Source: an uncultured Clostridia bacterium
GTDB lineage: Bacteria; Bacillota; Clostridia; Christensenellales; Borkfalkiaceae
NCBI GenBank assembly: GCA_947581885.1
Contig: CANPWF010000001.1
Coordinates: forward strand, 1 to 36,668
Length of the DNA stretch: 36,668 nucleotides
Direction of reading: 5' to 3'
The notes beneath the pieces are model-generated. The model was given only the letters and a program-made list of their open reading frames with translations. It was not told where the DNA came from and did no database searches. Made by a program: the position numbers and the translations under genes. Positions within the stretch are counted from its first letter, which is position 1. The number at the start of each line of letters is the position of its first letter. Shown here piece after piece: positions 1 to 7,836 of this stretch.

Positions 1-353
1 TGCAGGGCATGCTCGATGAATTTGTCAAGGCGATGTTCTCCGAGACGTCGAGGACCCGCCTTCGCCCGTCCTACTTCCCGTTCACCGAGCCGTCGGTGGA
101 AGTGGACGTGAGTTGCCACGCCTGCGGCGGCAAGGGATGCGCCCTCTGCAAGGGCACGGGCTGGATCGAAGTGTTGGGCGCGGGCGTCGTCAACCGCCGC
201 GTGCTCGAAAACTGCGGCGTCGACCCCGATGAGTATTCGGGCTTTGCCTTCGGCATGGGCATCGAGCGCATCGCCATGCTCAAATACGGCATCAACAACA
301 TCAAACTGCTCACCGAAAACGACGTGCGGTTTTTACGGCAATTCAAGGACTGA
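1..353 (+). CDS. pheS: Phenylalanine--tRNA ligase alpha subunit, C-terminal ~116 aa (5' end off-window)
   Basis: The frame is open from the window edge to TGA 351-353. The translation has class-II aaRS core segments typical of PheS ([33 protein letters not shown]). pheT follows 12 nt later, the canonical pheST pair. Confidence 0.95.
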   Translation, partial: QGMLDEFVKAMFSETSRTRLRPSYFPFTEPSVEVDVSCHACGGKGCALCKGTGWIEVLGAGVVNRRVLENCGVDPDEYSGFAFGMGIERIAMLKYGINNIKLLTENDVRFLRQFKD

Positions 354-365
354 GGGGGGAAGAAT

Positions 366-2756
366 ATGAAAGTACCGTTTTCTTGGCTCAAAGAATTTGT
401 GGACATCGATATCACCGCCGAAGCGTTGCAGGAAAAACTCTTCTCCTGCGGCTTCGAGGTGGAGGAACTCATCCCCCTCGGGAAGGACGTGACGGGCGTT
501 GTTGTCTGCCGCATCCTCAAATGCGAAAAACACCCCGATGCGGACAGGCTCACCGTCTGCGAAGCAGACTGCGGGGACAAGGGCAAAAAGCAAATTGTCA
601 CGGCGGCGACCAACGTGTTCGAGGGCGCGCTCGTGCCCGTCGCCCTCGACGGGGCGACCGTCCTCCATGAGGGCGGCATACAAAAAATTAAGGCGGGCAA
701 ACTGCGCGGCGTCGTCTCCGAGGGCATGTTCTGCTCGGGGGAAGAACTCGGCATCACCGACGATTTCTACGACGGCGCGGAAGTGAACGGCATCCTCATT
801 CTGAAGGAGGGGGACGCAAAGGAGGGCGAGGATATCCGCGCCGCCGTCGGCCTCTTCGACTACATCTTCGACATCGCCGTCACCGCCAACCGCCCCGACT
901 GTCAGAGCGTTTTCGGCATGGCGCGCGAAGTGGCCGCCATTCTCAAAAAGCCGCTCAAACTGCCCGATTTTTCGCACGGCACAAAAAAGACGAATGTGAA
1001 AATTCCCGTCGAAGTACAAGAGCCCGCGCTCTGCCCGCGCTACATCGGGCACTATGTGAGCGGCGTGAAGGTGGCCCCCTCGCCCCAATGGATGCGGCGG
1101 CGGCTCGCGCTCTGCGGCATCCGCGGCATCTCCAACATCGTGGATATCACCAACTATGTACTCCTCGAATTGGGCCAGCCCATGCACGCGTTCGATAGAA
1201 ACTTTTTGCACGGCGATAAAATTGTCGTGCGCAGGGCGGAGGAAGGCGAGAAAATTATCACCCTCGACGAGAAGGAATTTACGCTCCACAGGGAGAACCT
1301 TCTCATCTGCGACGCCGAGCGTCCCGTCGCGCTCGCGGGCGTGATGGGCGGGCTCAACAGCGAGATAAAGCCCGAGACCCGAGAGGTATTCTTCGAGGCG
1401 GCGAGTTTTGCGCGCGACAGCGTGAGAAAGACGGCGCGCGCCCTCGGCCAGCGTTCGGATTCCTCCGCCCGCTTTGAAAAGGGAGTCGAACCCGTTTGGT
1501 CTCCGAAGCACGGCATGGAGCGCGCCCTGCACCTTGTGGAGGAACTTGGCTGCGGCGTTGTGACGGACTACGGCGCGGACGAAATGCACGCTTCCGCGGA
1601 GAAAAAAGTCATCAAAACTTCCCATGCCGCCATCGGCGGCGTCCTCGGTATCGAGGTCCCCGCGGACGAGGCGAACGCCATTCTCACCCGCCTCGGATTT
1701 GAAATTGAGGACATGGGGTCGGATTTTTCCGCAATCGTGCCCCCGTGGCGGGACGACGTGGAGGACTACCCCGACCTCGCCGAGGAGATCATCCGCTCGT
1801 ACGGCTACGAACACATCAAGCCCACCTTCCTGAAAACGGCGGCGGTGACCCACGGCGGGCTGACCCCCAAGCAGAAGCAGGAACTCAAATTCAAGCAAAC
1901 GCTGGCAAACGAAGGCTACTTTGAGGCGTGCAACTACTCCTTCTACTCGCCCAAGGACTTTGACCTTCTCCGCCTTCCCGCGGACGCGCCCGAGCGCAAT
2001 GCCGTGAAAATTTTGAACCCGATCGGCGAGGATCTCTCCGTCATGCGCACCATTCTCGCGCCCTCGATGATTGCCAACGTCGTGCGCAACGTGCGGCGCG
2101 GCAACGAGAGCGGGCGGCTCTTTGAACTTGCCAACGTCTACACGCCCGCCGAGGGGGACGAACTTCCCGCAGAGCATAAAAAGGCCGTTATCGCGCTGTG
2201 GGGCGAGGGGGACTTCTTCGATTTGAAGGGCGCCGTCGAGGCCGTCGCCGAGGCGTTCGGATTGAAACTCGCCTATACGCGTGCGGAATTTCCCTTCCTG
2301 CACCCCGGCATCTCTGCCAAGGTGACGATGGGCGAGAAGGATGTGGGCTTCCTCGGAGAGTTGCACCCCGCCATTGCGGAGGAACTCGCCCTCGAGCGGC
2401 GCGTGTTCCTCGCCGAACTCGATTACGCCGCCATGTCGCGCAAGTTTGCGGCGGAGATCGACTATACGGGACTTCCCAAGTTCCCCGATGCCCAGCGCGA
2501 TCTCGCCGTTGTCGTGGGGGAGGAGACGACGTGCGCGGAGGTCGAGGCGTGCATTCTGCGCGCATGTAAGGCGGCAAAGAGGGCCGAACTTTTCGACGTC
2601 TACCGCGACCTGCGTATCGGCGCGGGCAAGAAGAGCATGGCGTTCCGCGTCACCTTCGCGGCAGGCGAGAAGCCGCTCGACGCCGAGACGCTCGACGCGT
2701 TCTTCAACAAGATCGTGGGCAACTTGAAGCACAACCTCGGCGCGGAATTGAGATGA
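366..2756 (+). CDS. pheT: Phenylalanine--tRNA ligase beta subunit (796 aa)
   Basis: ATG 366 is preceded by a GAGGGGGGA SD. The N-terminus has an OB/tRNA-binding segment (GVVVCRILKCEKHPDADRLTVCEADCG). A B3/B4-like segment (ANRPDCQSVFGMAREVAA) and a C-terminal ferredoxin-fold anticodon-binding-like segment (AFRVTFAAGEKPLDAETLD) follow. Size and order match bacterial PheT. Confidence 0.96.
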   Translation: MKVPFSWLKEFVDIDITAEALQEKLFSCGFEVEELIPLGKDVTGVVVCRILKCEKHPDADRLTVCEADCGDKGKKQIVTAATNVFEGALVPVALDGATVLHEGGIQKIKAGKLRGVVSEGMFCSGEELGITDDFYDGAEVNGILILKEGDAKEGEDIRAAVGLFDYIFDIAVTANRPDCQSVFGMAREVAAILKKPLKLPDFSHGTKKTNVKIPVEVQEPALCPRYIGHYVSGVKVAPSPQWMRRRLALCGIRGISNIVDITNYVLLELGQPMHAFDRNFLHGDKIVVRRAEEGEKIITLDEKEFTLHRENLLICDAERPVALAGVMGGLNSEIKPETREVFFEAASFARDSVRKTARALGQRSDSSARFEKGVEPVWSPKHGMERALHLVEELGCGVVTDYGADEMHASAEKKVIKTSHAAIGGVLGIEVPADEANAILTRLGFEIEDMGSDFSAIVPPWRDDVEDYPDLAEEIIRSYGYEHIKPTFLKTAAVTHGGLTPKQKQELKFKQTLANEGYFEACNYSFYSPKDFDLLRLPADAPERNAVKILNPIGEDLSVMRTILAPSMIANVVRNVRRGNESGRLFELANVYTPAEGDELPAEHKKAVIALWGEGDFFDLKGAVEAVAEAFGLKLAYTRAEFPFLHPGISAKVTMGEKDVGFLGELHPAIAEELALERRVFLAELDYAAMSRKFAAEIDYTGLPKFPDAQRDLAVVVGEETTCAEVEACILRACKAAKRAELFDVYRDLRIGAGKKSMAFRVTFAAGEKPLDAETLDAFFNKIVGNLKHNLGAELR

Positions 2757-2780
2757 CCTGCGCTTCGGCGCGAAAGATAA

Positions 2781-2808
2781 AAACGGTGGGGAAGCCCGCC
2801 GTTTTTTT
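2781..2808 (+). terminator. Rho-independent terminator of pheST
   Basis: Stem ACGGTGGG (2783-2790) pairs with CCCGCCGT (2795-2802), with one G-U pair and a GAAG loop. A run of T follows (2803-2808). It lies 25 nt after the pheT stop. Confidence 0.8.
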
Positions 2809-2831
2809 CGCAAAAAAATCACAAAAAACGC

Positions 2832-2860
2832 TTGACAGAAATCCGAAACCGTATTATACT
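2832..2860 (+). promoter_or_regulatory. SigA-type promoter of the MarR-led operon
   Basis: TTGACA (2832-2837), a 17-nt spacer, then TATACT (2855-2860). It lies ~30 nt upstream of the marR-family start with its TGAGGAA SD. Confidence 0.7.
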
Positions 2861-2869
2861 TAAAATACG
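2850..2869. promoter_or_regulatory. Candidate MarR operator (6-bp-arm inverted repeat over the -10 box)
   Basis: CGTATT (2850-2855), 8 nt, then AATACG (2864-2869), straddling the -10 hexamer. MarR-family repressors typically bind short pseudo-palindromes overlapping their own promoter. The arms are short, so this is only suggestive. Confidence 0.35.
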
Positions 2870-2890
2870 AAATGGGATTTTTGAGGAATT

Positions 2891-3331
2891 ATGAACGAAC
2901 GCACCTTTTTTTATGCACTCGGGAAACTTGTATACCAGATCGACGGCGTGTACGAAGCATACGGCAAAAACTGCCGCGTGGGCTCGCCCAACCTTTTATG
3001 GATCCTGTACGCCCTGAACGACGGGGAGCGGCACAGCCAGAAGCAAATTTGCGAGGATTGGGCAATTCCTCGAAGCACGGCGAACACCATCGTCAAGGAC
3101 TTGGAGAGCAAAAACCTTATCACGCTGTCGCAAATCGAGGGAGAGAGGCGGGAATTGCTCGTTTCATTGACCCCGAGAGGGAAGGAATATGCGGACGGAA
3201 TACTCGCCGACCTGTATAAGAGGGAGCGGGAAATTTACGCGGAGATCGGGGAGCCCGAGGGGCTGCTTTCCACATTACAAGAATTGGCGGCGAAGATGCA
3301 GAAGATCGCCGCAAAAGGAGATAGAATATGA
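2891..3331 (+). CDS. MarR-family transcriptional regulator (146 aa)
   Basis: It has a winged-HTH pattern: [30 protein letters not shown] followed by the wing [15 protein letters not shown]. It is the first gene after the promoter. Its stop overlaps the next start (ATGA at 3328-3331). Confidence 0.9.
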   Translation: MNERTFFYALGKLVYQIDGVYEAYGKNCRVGSPNLLWILYALNDGERHSQKQICEDWAIPRSTANTIVKDLESKNLITLSQIEGERRELLVSLTPRGKEYADGILADLYKREREIYAEIGEPEGLLSTLQELAAKMQKIAAKGDRI

Positions 3332-3804
3332 GTAAAATTTTGGTGGCGTATTTTTCGGCAAGCGGCACGACGGGAAGGACGGCGGCTTTGCTCGCAAAGG
3401 CCGCGGGGGCGGATCTCTTTGAAATTCAGCCCAAAGTGCCCTACACGGCCGCCGACCTCGACTGGACAAACAAGAAGAGCCGCTCCTCTTTGGAGATGAA
3501 CGACCCCGCTTCCCGCCCCGAAATCGGGAAACGGCTTGAAAACATGGCGGACTATGGCGTTGTGTTCGTGGGCTTCCCCGTCTGGTGGTACACTGCGCCG
3601 ACCATCATCAAGACCTTCCTCGAAAGTTATGACTTTGCGGGAAAGACCATCGTGCCCTTTGCGACGAGCGGCGGGAGCGGGCTCGGAAAGACGGAGAGCG
3701 CGCTTCGCCCCTGCGCCCCCGGCGCCGTGTGGAAAACAGGGAAAGTTTTGCGCGGCGAGACGGAGCATTCGCTCAAAAATTGGGTGGAGAGTTTGGGGGT
3801 ATGA
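3328..3804 (+). CDS. Flavodoxin (cytoplasmic, Flavodoxin_4-like, 158 aa)
   Basis: It has the FMN phosphate loop [16 protein letters not shown], then [12 protein letters not shown] and [12 protein letters not shown]. An AAGGAG SD lies upstream. There is no signal peptide. It is a paralogue of the mature part of the 7100-7684 product. Confidence 0.88.
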   Translation: MSKILVAYFSASGTTGRTAALLAKAAGADLFEIQPKVPYTAADLDWTNKKSRSSLEMNDPASRPEIGKRLENMADYGVVFVGFPVWWYTAPTIIKTFLESYDFAGKTIVPFATSGGSGLGKTESALRPCAPGAVWKTGKVLRGETEHSLKNWVESLGV

Positions 3805-4379
3805 AGATCGTCGTCCTCTTGGGCAGCCCGCAGGCGCGCGGCTCTTCCAACCTGCTCGCAGAAGAGTTTATAAAGGGCGCGAAGGAGGCGGGGCATGTTG
3901 TCTCCGTCGTCGACACGGCGCGGACGAATGTGCGGCCGTGCAGGGGGTGCGTGCGGTGCGGTTACGGCGGTCCCTGCGCGCAAACCGACGACATGGGGTC
4001 GGAAAATTACGCGAAAGGCGGCATCAAGGCGGAGATTTTAAGCGCGGATATGGTGGTGTTCGTCACGCCGCTCTACTACTACGGAATGACGGCGCAACTC
4101 AAGATCGTCGTTGACCGCTTCTGCGCGTTCAACGGCGAAATTCAACGAAAACACATGAGGTCGGCGCTCATCTCCGTCGCGTGGAATGCGGACGGTTGGA
4201 CGTTCGACGCGCTCACGGCGCATTACAAGACGCTCGTAAAGTATCTGAATTTCAGGGATATGGGAATGGTGCTCGGGCGCGGCTGCGGCACGCCCGCGAT
4301 GACGGCGCGCTCCCGCTACCCGGCGGAGGCGTATGAACTCGGAAAAAGTCTCAAAAATCAATCAATCGGGAGGGGGTGA
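3801..4379 (+). CDS. Iron-sulfur flavoprotein (Isf)-like NAD(P)H-dependent FMN reductase family protein (192 aa)
   Basis: ATG 3801 overlaps the previous stop (ATGA). [19 protein letters not shown] is the typical FMN_red N-terminus. The compact Cys motif C-x2-C-x2-C-x5-C ([15 protein letters not shown], nt ~3939-3977) matches the [4Fe-4S] site of Isf-type flavoproteins. The upstream in-frame ATG 3729 lies inside the previous gene and lacks an SD. Confidence 0.85.
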   Translation: MKIVVLLGSPQARGSSNLLAEEFIKGAKEAGHVVSVVDTARTNVRPCRGCVRCGYGGPCAQTDDMGSENYAKGGIKAEILSADMVVFVTPLYYYGMTAQLKIVVDRFCAFNGEIQRKHMRSALISVAWNADGWTFDALTAHYKTLVKYLNFRDMGMVLGRGCGTPAMTARSRYPAEAYELGKSLKNQSIGRG

Positions 4380-4380
4380 A

Positions 4381-5508
4381 ATGTTGCAGAGCGAATTTTT
4401 CGGCAGGGAGATCGGGAAACTCGGCTTCGGCCTCATGCGGCTGCCCAAGAAGGGCTTCCACACCGACATTGAGCAAGTGAAGGAGATGGTAGACCTGTTT
4501 TTGGAGGCGGGGTTTACATACTTCGACACGGCGTTTGTGTACGGCACGAGCGAGGAGGACATCAGAAAGGCGCTCGTCGAACGCTATCCGCGCGACAGGT
4601 ATACGCTGACGACCAAACTCAACGCCTTCATGATGGCGGAAAACGAACAGGCGGCGAAGAGCCAATTTTATAAGAGTTTGGAGCGCACGGGCGCGGGGTA
4701 TTTCGACTTCTATCTTCTGCACGCCCTCATGGCGAACAACTATACGAAGTACGATACCTACCACATCTGGGATTTCGTCAAGGAGCAGAAGGCGAAGGGG
4801 CTTATAAAGCGTTTCGGCTTTTCCTATCACGCCGACCCCGCACTTCTCGATAAATTGTTGACGCTTCACCCCGAGGTGGATTTTATTCAACTGCAAATCA
4901 ACTACGCCGATTGGGAGAACCCGTCGGTGACGTCCCGCGGCAATTACGAGGTGGCGAGAAAGCATGGAAAGCCCGTCGTCATCATGGAACCCGTCAAGGG
5001 CGGCGCGCTCGCAAACCCGCCCAAAGGGGTGCAAAAACTGTTTCGGGAATATGCCCCCGAAGCCTCCTTTGCGAGTTGGGCGATCCGCTTTGCGGCTTCC
5101 CTCGACGGCGTGATGACCGTGCTCTCGGGCATGTCAAATACCGAACAAATGCGGGACAATATCTCGTTTATGAAGGAGTTTGTGCCCCTCAACGACGAGG
5201 AGCAGGAGATCATCCGCAAGGCACAGCGCATCATGGGAAATTCGGCGGCCATTCCCTGCACGGCGTGCCACTATTGCGTGGGGGGATGCCCGAAGAAGAT
5301 CGATATTCCCGCCATTTTTGCGGCGGCGAACAGGCACCTCGGCAACGGGCAGACGGCGCAGGCGGTCGAGGCATACAGACAGGCGACGGAGAGCGGCGGG
5401 TTGGCTTCATCCTGCATCAGTTGCAAGCAGTGCGAACGCGCTTGCCCCCAGCATTTGCCCATTACAAGGCACTTGAAGGAGTGCGCGGCATTGCTTGAAA
5501 ATAAATAG
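4381..5508 (+). CDS. Aldo/keto reductase with C-terminal 2x[4Fe-4S]-type Cys motifs (375 aa)
   Basis: ATG 4381 lies 1 nt after the previous stop, with a GGGAGGGGG SD. The AKR core shows GFGLMRLP, DTAFVYG, LTTKL and LLHAL. The C-terminus has CTACHYCVGGCP and CISCKQCERACP (C-x2-C-x2-C-x3-CP, twice). The longer ORF start at 4333 overlaps the upstream gene. Confidence 0.88.
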   Translation: MLQSEFFGREIGKLGFGLMRLPKKGFHTDIEQVKEMVDLFLEAGFTYFDTAFVYGTSEEDIRKALVERYPRDRYTLTTKLNAFMMAENEQAAKSQFYKSLERTGAGYFDFYLLHALMANNYTKYDTYHIWDFVKEQKAKGLIKRFGFSYHADPALLDKLLTLHPEVDFIQLQINYADWENPSVTSRGNYEVARKHGKPVVIMEPVKGGALANPPKGVQKLFREYAPEASFASWAIRFAASLDGVMTVLSGMSNTEQMRDNISFMKEFVPLNDEEQEIIRKAQRIMGNSAAIPCTACHYCVGGCPKKIDIPAIFAAANRHLGNGQTAQAVEAYRQATESGGLASSCISCKQCERACPQHLPITRHLKECAALLENK

Positions 5509-5537
5509 AGGCAGAGAAATCAAGAAAGGAGTGGGTC

Positions 5538-6296
5538 ATGAAAAAAATCACGCAGGATGCGGGAAGAAAGGCTTTGGGGGAGTTTGCCCCCGAATTTGCA
5601 CACTTTAACGACGACGTTTTATTCGGCGAGAATTGGAACAACCCCGATCTCGACCACAAGACGCGGTGTATCATCACGGTGGTTGCGCTGATGGCCTCGG
5701 GCGTTACCGACAGTTCTTTGAAATATCATTTGGAGAACGCCAAAAGGGCGGGCGTGATGAGAAAGGAGATCGCCGCCGCCGTCACGCATGTCGCCTTCTA
5801 TGCGGGCTGGCCCAAGGCGTGGGCGGTGTTCAACATAGCAAAGGACGTCTGGAACGAGGAGACCGCGGGGGCGAATGCCGAGCGGGCGGCGCATGAAAGC
5901 GCGATGATCTTCCCCATCGGCGCGCCCAACGACGGCTATGCGCAGTATTTCAGCGGGAAGAGTTACCTTGCGCCCGTCTCCCGCGAGCAGGTGGGCATCT
6001 TCAACGTCACCTTTGAGCCGGGGTGCCGCAACAATTGGCACATCCACCACGCCACGAAAGGCGGCGGGCAAATTTTGATTTGCGTTGCGGGACGCGGCTG
6101 GTATCAGGAATGGGGCAAAGCGGCCGTGGAGATGAGGCCGGGCGACGTTGTGAACATCCCCGCGGGCGTCAAACATTGGCACGGCGCGGCGAAAAACAGT
6201 TGGTTCTCCCACCTCGCCGTCGAGGTCCCCGGCGAGGGCAACCGGAACGAATGGCTGGAGCCCGTCGCACAAGCGGAATACGACAAATTGCCATAA
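5538..6296 (+). CDS. Carboxymuconolactone decarboxylase (AhpD-like) / cupin fusion protein (252 aa)
   Basis: The N-terminal half is CMD-like (LDHKTRCIITVVALMASG, EIAAAVTHVAFYAGWPKAW). The C-terminal half is a cupin barrel (FEPGCRNNWHIHHATKGGGQILICVAGRGWY ... GDVVNIPAGVKHWHGA). An AAAGGAG SD lies upstream. Confidence 0.85.
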   Translation: MKKITQDAGRKALGEFAPEFAHFNDDVLFGENWNNPDLDHKTRCIITVVALMASGVTDSSLKYHLENAKRAGVMRKEIAAAVTHVAFYAGWPKAWAVFNIAKDVWNEETAGANAERAAHESAMIFPIGAPNDGYAQYFSGKSYLAPVSREQVGIFNVTFEPGCRNNWHIHHATKGGGQILICVAGRGWYQEWGKAAVEMRPGDVVNIPAGVKHWHGAAKNSWFSHLAVEVPGEGNRNEWLEPVAQAEYDKLP

Positions 6297-6310
6297 TGGG
6301 GTGGGAAAAA

Positions 6311-6607
6311 ATGGCGCTTACGGTGAATATTTATTACACGGGAACGGACGGCAACGCGCGGAAATTTGCCGAGGAGATGCGGGCGTGCGGGCTTGTAGAT
6401 CGGGTGCGCGCAGAGAAGGGAAATCTGCGCTACGAGTACTTTCTGCCCATGGACGATGAGGAGACGGTTTTGCTCATCGATGTGTGGGAGAATGAGGCGG
6501 CGCTCGATCTTCACCACAAGAGCCCGATGATGGCGGAAATCGCCGCACTGCGCGAAAAATATCACCTCAAAATGCGGGTGCAAAAATTTTACGGGGAACT
6601 GTCATGA
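6311..6607 (+). CDS. Antibiotic-biosynthesis-monooxygenase (ABM) domain protein (98 aa)
   Basis: It has a ferredoxin-like ABM pattern (ETVLLIDVWENEAALDLHHKSPMMAEI). The start is uncertain. ATG 6311 has a GGTGGG SD-like box. ATG 6296 is an alternative that overlaps the upstream stop (TAATG). The stop overlaps the next start (ATGA at 6604-6607). Confidence 0.8.
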   Translation: MALTVNIYYTGTDGNARKFAEEMRACGLVDRVRAEKGNLRYEYFLPMDDEETVLLIDVWENEAALDLHHKSPMMAEIAALREKYHLKMRVQKFYGELS

Positions 6608-7083
6608 AAGGAAGAAAAATCACAGCGTTTTGCGGTTTTTTGACAATTTGCCTTCTGTTTTTGTTCGCGGCATGCGGCGGCTCTTTGGCGCCGCCCGCGG
6701 ACACCGAGGAGCCGACCGGAAACGCGGAGGAATTGTTTCTGACGATTGGGAGCCGGAAGATTTCCGTAAAACTCGAAACAAACGCCGCGGCGGCCGCCCT
6801 TGTCGGCATTCTGGAAGAGGGGGATATCACCTACACCGCGCACGATTACGGCGGGTTTGAAAAGGTGGGCGATTTGGGCCGCACCCTTCCCCGCAGCGAT
6901 ACGCAGATGACGGCGGGCGCGGGCGACGTGATCCTCTATTCGGGAGATCAGATCGTGCTGTTCTACGGGAGCAACTCGTGGAGTTATACGAAACTCGGAA
7001 CGATGCAAGGGCTCTCCGCGGCGGAAGTGGAGGAAATTCTTACCGCAGGCGACGAGATCACGGTGACAATCAGTCTGCGGTAA
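6604..7083 (+). CDS. Exported cyclophilin-like-fold lipoprotein (159 aa)
   Basis: It has a signal peptide plus a lipobox (LFAAC, Cys codon 6673-6675). The mature part (LFLTIGSRKISVKLETNAAAAALV ... GDVILYSGDQIVLFYGSNSWSYTKLG) resembles the cyclophilin-like 'Cyclophil_like2' family that commonly sits next to Flavodoxin_4 genes. That family call is from memory. Confidence 0.7.
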   Translation: MKGRKITAFCGFLTICLLFLFAACGGSLAPPADTEEPTGNAEELFLTIGSRKISVKLETNAAAAALVGILEEGDITYTAHDYGGFEKVGDLGRTLPRSDTQMTAGAGDVILYSGDQIVLFYGSNSWSYTKLGTMQGLSAAEVEEILTAGDEITVTISLR

Positions 7084-7099
7084 TGTTGGAGGAGATACG

Positions 7100-7684
7100 A
7101 TGAAAGGAAGAAAACTCACAGCGTTTTGCGGTTTTTTGACAATTTGCATGTTTTTCTCGCTCGCGGCGTGCGGCGGGGAGGACAGGGGGAAACTCGGGGA
7201 GAACGACCCGTCGGAGATCCTCGTTGCGTATTTCTCGTGTACGGGGAATACGGAAAAAGTGGCGGGATACATTGCCGACGTCACGGGCGGGGCGTTCTAT
7301 GAGATCACGGCGCAGGTCCCTTATACCGATGCCGATTTGGATTACAATTCCGACTGCCGCGCAAACAGGGAGCAAAATGACGACGCCGCACGCCCCCTGA
7401 TTTCGGGGAGCGTGGAGAATATGGAGAAATACAGCGTCGTCTATCTCGGCTATCCCATCTGGTGGGGCGAGGCGCCCAAGATCATGTACACGTTCCTCGA
7501 AACCTACGACCTCTCGGGCAAGACCATTGTGCCGTTCTGCACGTCGGGTTCGAGCGGGATCGGTTCGAGCGCGGAGAACATGCACGCCCTTGCGGGCGGC
7601 GCGACGTGGCTCGCGGGCAAGCGGTTTTCCGCTTCGGCCTCGAAGGGCGACGTCGAAAATTGGGTGAACGGTCTGAAAGGCTGA
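7100..7684 (+). CDS. Exported flavodoxin lipoprotein (Flavodoxin_4-like, 194 aa)
   Basis: A GGAGGAG SD lies 5 nt upstream. It has a signal peptide plus a lipobox (SLAAC, Cys codon 7169-7171). The flavodoxin core follows (ILVAYFSCTGNTEKVA, YLGYPIWWGEAP, TIVPFCTSGSSG). Confidence 0.88.
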   Translation: MKGRKLTAFCGFLTICMFFSLAACGGEDRGKLGENDPSEILVAYFSCTGNTEKVAGYIADVTGGAFYEITAQVPYTDADLDYNSDCRANREQNDDAARPLISGSVENMEKYSVVYLGYPIWWGEAPKIMYTFLETYDLSGKTIVPFCTSGSSGIGSSAENMHALAGGATWLAGKRFSASASKGDVENWVNGLKG

Positions 7685-7746
7685 CAAGGCCTTGCGGCGG
7701 GCAACTTGCGCCGCACACGACAGAAAATCCGTCAGAAAATTTTGTT

Positions 7747-7777
7747 ACGCCGTCCGCGTTGCGGGCGGCGTATTTTT
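7747..7777 (+). terminator. Rho-independent terminator of the MarR-led operon
   Basis: An 11-bp stem pairs ACGCCGTCCGC (7747-7757) with GCGGGCGGCGT (7761-7771), with one G-U pair and a GTT loop. ATTTTT follows. Confidence 0.8.
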
Positions 7778-7836
7778 GCATTTGCCCGTGCATACAAAAA
7801 TGCATAAATCTATGCATAAACAAATCGCATACGTAT
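7777..7836. repeat. Five tandem 12-bp-phased TGCAT units
   Basis: The units are tgcatttgcccg, tgcatacaaaaa, tgcataaatcta, tgcataaacaaa and tcgcatacgtat, starting at 7777, 7789, 7801, 7813 and 7825. Two units form ATGCAT palindromes. A TATAAT hexamer lies at 7834-7839. Confidence 0.6.

Noticed and set aside
333-2822. 829-aa ORF on the minus strand, antisense to pheT
   Set aside because: It is fully nested opposite a confidently identified housekeeping gene. The translation is R/A/G/E-rich low-complexity sequence, typical of stop-poor antisense frames in high-G+C DNA. It has no SD and no recognisable domain.
3729-4380. Longer ORF-track starts for two operon genes (3729 instead of 3801; 4333 instead of 4381)
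   Set aside because: The longer versions overlap the upstream genes by 48-76 nt and lack SDs. They also add non-homologous N-terminal extensions in front of canonical family N-termini ([10 protein letters not shown]..., MLQSEFFGREIGKLGFG...). The shorter starts have SDs and ATGA or 1-nt coupling.
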